DNA from: an uncultured Acidimicrobiia bacterium
Lineage (GTDB): Bacteria > Actinomycetota > Acidimicrobiia > Acidimicrobiales > AC-14
NCBI GenBank assembly: GCA_963836205.1
Contig: CAWIIV010000008.1
Span: 1-64,000 of the forward strand
DNA: 64,000 bases
Direction: 5' to 3'
Under the pieces are notes generated by a model that worked only from the letters and a program-made list of their open reading frames with translations, had not been told where the DNA came from and did no database searches. This document shows positions 59,527 to 64,000 of this stretch, one piece after another (the stretch's first letter is position 1; each line of letters starts with the position of its first letter). Both the position numbers and the translations under genes were made by a program.

Positions 59527-62500
59527 ATGAGCCCATTCCGTTCCCCAATTCGTTCCCCATTCCGATCTGCTGAGCACGACGCCTGCGGAATCGGCTTCGT
59601 CGCCGACGCCACCGGGCGTTCGTCCCGGGCCATCGTCACATCCGCGTTGCGGGGGCTGGCGTGCGTCAAGCACCGGGGGGCATTGGCCGCCGACGCCCGG
59701 TCGGGCGACGGCTCCGGCCTGCTCCTCCCCATCCCTCACGAGATCTTCGGTCGCGACCCGGAGGGCGCGGCCCACGGGCTGGCCATGCTCTTCGTGCGGG
59801 GCGACGATCCCACCGAGGCGGTGGAGGCGGCGGCCGCGGCCGAGGGCATCCGGGTGGTCGAGTGGCGGGACGTGCCCACCGACGACGGCGAACTGGGCGA
59901 CCTGGCGCTGTCCACCCGGCCCCGGATCGTCCAGGCGGTCCTCGCCGGCGCCGGGTCCAACGAGAAGGCCGCCTTCCGCCTCCGCCGCCGCATCGACGCC
60001 GCCACCTCCGGCACCTACGTCGTCTCCTGCTCGTTCCGCACCGTCTGCTACAAGGGCCTAGTCACAGCCGACGCCCTGGGCGACTTCTACCTCGACCTGG
60101 CCGACGAGCGCTTCGGGGCGACGTTCGCCATCTTCCACCAGCGGTTTTCCACCAACACCCTCCCCACGTGGGAGCGGGCCCAGCCCTTCCGGATGCTCTG
60201 CCACAACGGGGAGATCAACGCCCTCGCCGGCAACGTCAACCGCATGCGGGCCCGGGCCGTGCTCGGCACGGAGGCCGCCGGCCTCGGCCCCGAGGAGCTG
60301 TTCCACCCCGTCCTCGACGTGTCCGACTCCGACTCGGGCCAGCTCGACTCCGCCATCGAGCTGCTCACCCGGGGCGGGCGCGACGTCCGCCACGCGGTGG
60401 CCATGACCATCCCCGAGGCGTGGGAGGGCGAGCGCGACCTCGACCCCGCCGTCCGGGCCTTCTACCGCTACCACGCGTCCCTCATGGAGCCGTGGGACGG
60501 TCCCGCCGGCCTGGTGTTCACCGACGGCGTCGGCGTGGGCGCGGCCCTCGACCGCAACGGGCTCCGTCCCCTGCGCTACTCGGCGTGCGAGGACGGCTTC
60601 GTCGCCTGCTGCTCGGAGACGGGCGCCATCGACGTGTCCGGGCACGGCCAGGTCACGCGCGGCCGCCTCGGCCCGGGCGAGATGCTCTTCGTCGACCCCA
60701 CCCGGGGCGTCCTCGACGACGTCGCCTGCAAGCAGCGGGTGGCCGCCGCCGCCCCCTACGCCCGGTGGGCGGCCGATGGCCTGCGCGACTTGTCCCGGGG
60801 CCGGGCCATCGAGCAGACGCCCGAGCCCGACGAGATCGAGCGGCGCCAGGCAATCTTCGGCTACTCCAAGGAGGAGCTGGCCATGGTGCTGCGGCGCATG
60901 GCCAACGACGCCAAGGAGCCGACGTACTCAATGGGCGACGACTCGCCCCTCCCCCACCTCGCCGGCCGCCCCCGCCCCCTGCACCATTACCTCAAGCAGC
61001 GCTTCGCCCAGGTCACCAACCCTCCCATCGACCACCTGCGGGAGCGGCTGGTCATGAGCCTGCGCACCTGCCTCGGCCCCCGCAGCCCGATCCTGGCCGA
61101 GGGACCGGAGGCGGCCCAGCTGCTCGTACTCAAGTCGTTCTTCCTGTATCCGTCGGCGATCGTCGACCTGCTGGTGTCCGACCCCGGATTCGGCGTGGCC
61201 CACCTCGACGCCACCTTCCCCGCGGCCGACGGACCGGGCGGGCTGCGGGCCGCGGTCGAGCGCCTGTGCGACCGGGCCGAGGAGCGGGCCCGGGCCGGCA
61301 TCGGCATCCTGATCGTCGACGACGGGGGCGTGAACGACGAGCGGGCGGCGGTTCCGGCCCTGCTCGCCACGGGGGCGGTCCACTCCCGGCTGGTGGCATC
61401 CGGCCTGCGGTCCGACACCTCCTTGGTGGTGTCGGCGGACGACGCCCGTGACACCCACTACCTCGCCTGCCTGATCGGCTACGGCGCCGACGCCATCTGC
61501 CCCGGCCTGGCCCTGGAGACGGTGGCCCACGAGGCCGACTACAACCCCGATGTCGACCTGTCCGGCCCCGAGGCCCAGGAGCGGTTGCAGGCGGCCATGG
61601 AGGACGGCGTCCTCAAGATCATGTCCAAGATGGGCATCTCCACCGTCGACTCCTACCGGGGGGCGCAGATCTTCGAGGCCATCGGCTTGGGCGCCGACGT
61701 GATCGACGTCTGCTTCCCCGGCACCCCGTCGATCGTCGGGGGTATCGGATGGGACGAGCTGGGCGAGGACGCCCTCGCCCGCCACGCCAACGGCCGCCTG
61801 GCCGAGGGCGGCTACTACCGGGTGCGCAAGCGGGGCGAGTTCCACACCCACACCGACGACGTGGTCAAGGCCCTCAACGAGATGAAGGCCGCCCACCTGC
61901 TCCAATCCGCCCTCCGCGACGCGTCGGCGGCCGTCGCGGTGGCCACCAACGGTGCCGGCGGCAACGGGTCCTCGGCGGCGAGCGGCAACGGCGACGGCAA
62001 CGGCGACGGGTCTGCCAGCTACCAGCGCTTCGCCGATCTGGTCAACGGCCGGCCCGCCACCGAGCTCCACGACCTCATGGACCTCGTCCCGTCCGGGCCC
62101 CCCGTCGCCCTCGACGAGGTGGAACCGGCCCTGGCCATCACCCGGCGGTTCTCCACCGGGGCCATGTCCCACGGGGCCCTCAGCCGGGAGGCGCACGAGA
62201 CGCTCACCGAGGCCATGAACCTCATCGGCGGGCTGTCGAACTGCGGGGAGGGGGGCGAGAGCTACACCCGGTTCAAGACCCGGGGCCAGGCCAAGGGCGA
62301 CAAGAACAGCCGCATCAAGCAGATCGCCTCGGGCCGCTTCGGCGTCACCCCCGAGTACTGCGCCTTCGCCGACGAGCTCAACATCAAGATGGCCCAGGGA
62401 TCGAAGCCGGGCGAGGGGGGCCAGATCCCGGGCAACAAGGTGTCGGAGGAGATCGCCGCCCTCCGCCACACCCAGCCCGGGATCGGTCTCATCTCCCCGC

Positions 62501-64000
62501 CCCCCCACCACGACATCTACTCCATCGAGGACCTGGCCCAGCTCATCTTCGACCTCAAGCAGGTCAACCGCCACGCCGACGTGTCGGTGAAGCTGGTGGC
62601 CGAGGACGGCGTCGGCACCATCGCTGCGGGCGTGGTGAAGGCCCTGGCCGAGGTCGTCCACATCAGCGGGTGCAACGGGGGCACCGGGGCGTCGCCACTC
62701 ACGTCGATCAAGCACGCCGGCCTGCCCTGGGAGCTGGGCGTGGCCGAGACCCAGCAGGCGCTGGTGGAGAACGGCCTGCGCGATCGGGTCCGGGTGCGGA
62801 TGGACGGCGGCCTGATGACCGGCCGCGACGTGATCATGGCCGCCCTGCTCGGGGCCGACGAGTACTCCTTCGGCACCGCGGCCATGATCGCCGAGGGCTG
62901 CATCATGCTCCGGGCCTGCCACAAGGACACCTGCTCCACCGGCATCGCCACCCAGCGCCCCCACCTACGGGCCAAGTTCGCGGGCACGCCCGAGGGGGTG
63001 GCCGCCTACATGGTGTTCATCGCCGAGGAGGTCCGCCGCTACCTGGCCGAGCTGGGCTTCCGCACCATGGACGAGGCCATCGGCCAGGTGGAGTGCATCC
63101 GCCAGCGGCCGGCCGACGACCCCCGGGCCAACACCATGGACCTCAGCCCGCTGCTCCGGCCGCCGTCCGACCCGTCGGCCCCCCGGCATTTCGTGCGGGC
63201 CCTCCCTATCCAACGGCCCCGCTCGGCCCTGGGCGACCGCCTGGTCGACGACGCCTTCCAGCCCATCTGGGACGGTGTCGACCTTTCCCTGCGCTACACC
63301 ATCGGCAACTCCGACCGCACGGTGGGTGCGGCGTTGAGCGGGGCGCTCGCCCTGGAGTTCGGCGAGACTCCCCCACCGGGCACCGCCAGCGTCCGCTACG
63401 ACGGCTCCGCCGGGCAGAGCTTCGGCGCCTTCCTGGGCCACGGCATCGAGTTCGACCTGGTGGGCGAGGCCAACGACTACGTGGGCAAGGCCATGGCCGG
63501 CGGGCGGGTGGTGATCCGTCCCCCGGAGAACGACGCCGGCACGCCGGTGCTGGCCGGCAACACCTGCCTCTACGGCGCCACCGGCGGGGAGCTGTACGTG
63601 GCCGGGTCGGCCGGCGAACGGTTCGCGGTGCGTAACTCGGGGGCGTCGGCCGTGGTCGAGGGCGTCGGCGACCACGCCTGCGAGTACATGACCGGCGGGT
63701 GCGTCGTGATCCTCGGCCCCGTCGGCTACAACCTGGGGGCAGGCATGACCGGTGGGCAGGCGTTCGTCTGGGACCCCGAGGGCAAGCTGGCCAGCCGCCT
63801 GAACCCGGCCCTGGTCGACGTGGCCCTGCCCGACGCAGACCTGCTGGAAGACCTCCGCTGGCGGGTCGAGCGCCACGCCGAGCTGACGGGGTCGCCCCGG
63901 GCCGCGGCGTTGCTGGCCGACTGGGACGCGACCGTGGCCGACATGTGGCTGGTGGCCCCCGTCGACCTCATCAAGCGCCTCGAGCAGCAGCGGGCCAGCC
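59527..64000 (+). CDS. gltB: Glutamate synthase large subunit (3' end beyond window)
   Basis: EHDACGIGF, HQRFSTNT, HNGEIN, EPWDGPA, FAQVTNPPID, MSHGALS, QIASGRFGV, KMAQGSKPGEGGQ, C-terminal GXGXG domain. Confidence 0.97.
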   Translation, partial: MSPFRSPIRSPFRSAEHDACGIGFVADATGRSSRAIVTSALRGLACVKHRGALAADARSGDGSGLLLPIPHEIFGRDPEGAAHGLAMLFVRGDDPTEAVEAAAAAEGIRVVEWRDVPTDDGELGDLALSTRPRIVQAVLAGAGSNEKAAFRLRRRIDAATSGTYVVSCSFRTVCYKGLVTADALGDFYLDLADERFGATFAIFHQRFSTNTLPTWERAQPFRMLCHNGEINALAGNVNRMRARAVLGTEAAGLGPEELFHPVLDVSDSDSGQLDSAIELLTRGGRDVRHAVAMTIPEAWEGERDLDPAVRAFYRYHASLMEPWDGPAGLVFTDGVGVGAALDRNGLRPLRYSACEDGFVACCSETGAIDVSGHGQVTRGRLGPGEMLFVDPTRGVLDDVACKQRVAAAAPYARWAADGLRDLSRGRAIEQTPEPDEIERRQAIFGYSKEELAMVLRRMANDAKEPTYSMGDDSPLPHLAGRPRPLHHYLKQRFAQVTNPPIDHLRERLVMSLRTCLGPRSPILAEGPEAAQLLVLKSFFLYPSAIVDLLVSDPGFGVAHLDATFPAADGPGGLRAAVERLCDRAEERARAGIGILIVDDGGVNDERAAVPALLATGAVHSRLVASGLRSDTSLVVSADDARDTHYLACLIGYGADAICPGLALETVAHEADYNPDVDLSGPEAQERLQAAMEDGVLKIMSKMGISTVDSYRGAQIFEAIGLGADVIDVCFPGTPSIVGGIGWDELGEDALARHANGRLAEGGYYRVRKRGEFHTHTDDVVKALNEMKAAHLLQSALRDASAAVAVATNGAGGNGSSAASGNGDGNGDGSASYQRFADLVNGRPATELHDLMDLVPSGPPVALDEVEPALAITRRFSTGAMSHGALSREAHETLTEAMNLIGGLSNCGEGGESYTRFKTRGQAKGDKNSRIKQIASGRFGVTPEYCAFADELNIKMAQGSKPGEGGQIPGNKVSEEIAALRHTQPGIGLISPPPHHDIYSIEDLAQLIFDLKQVNRHADVSVKLVAEDGVGTIAAGVVKALAEVVHISGCNGGTGASPLTSIKHAGLPWELGVAETQQALVENGLRDRVRVRMDGGLMTGRDVIMAALLGADEYSFGTAAMIAEGCIMLRACHKDTCSTGIATQRPHLRAKFAGTPEGVAAYMVFIAEEVRRYLAELGFRTMDEAIGQVECIRQRPADDPRANTMDLSPLLRPPSDPSAPRHFVRALPIQRPRSALGDRLVDDAFQPIWDGVDLSLRYTIGNSDRTVGAALSGALALEFGETPPPGTASVRYDGSAGQSFGAFLGHGIEFDLVGEANDYVGKAMAGGRVVIRPPENDAGTPVLAGNTCLYGATGGELYVAGSAGERFAVRNSGASAVVEGVGDHACEYMTGGCVVILGPVGYNLGAGMTGGQAFVWDPEGKLASRLNPALVDVALPDADLLEDLRWRVERHAELTGSPRAAALLADWDATVADMWLVAPVDLIKRLEQQRAS

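Overview
Very high-GC actinobacterial DNA; the gene content and conserved hypothetical proteins suggest class Acidimicrobiia (inference). About 55 CDS are present, mostly housekeeping or accessory metabolism: ABC transporter, AlkZ-like glycosylase, thyX, PBP1a, glgX, GH15, pgi, ATP-dependent ligase, MscS, NAD kinase and gltB. Highlights: (1) A tRNA-Val(CAC) on the minus strand (46822-46893) has a non-canonical T-loop. Its 3' half is repeated twice downstream (45496-45544, 44391-44430), delimiting two ~1.1-1.3 kb single-gene, integrase-less cassettes; one carries paired 11-bp arm-type repeats. Beyond them lies a decayed island with a TA remnant, a pseudo-caspase and a pseudo-matrixin. (2) A lipid operon (acyl-CoA reductase-HAD fusion, Zn-dehydrogenase, LarA/DUF2088 protein, acyltransferase, NAD kinase) resembles a rearranged myxobacterial ether-lipid (elb) cluster, and a separate DGGGP-synthase-like UbiA gene is also present. 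(3) An orphan contractile tail-sheath gene. (4) A membrane-tethered ECF sigma factor. Several genes carry single-base frameshifts, mostly in G/C runs, which are most likely sequencing errors. All product calls come from motif recognition by eye; no database searches were run.
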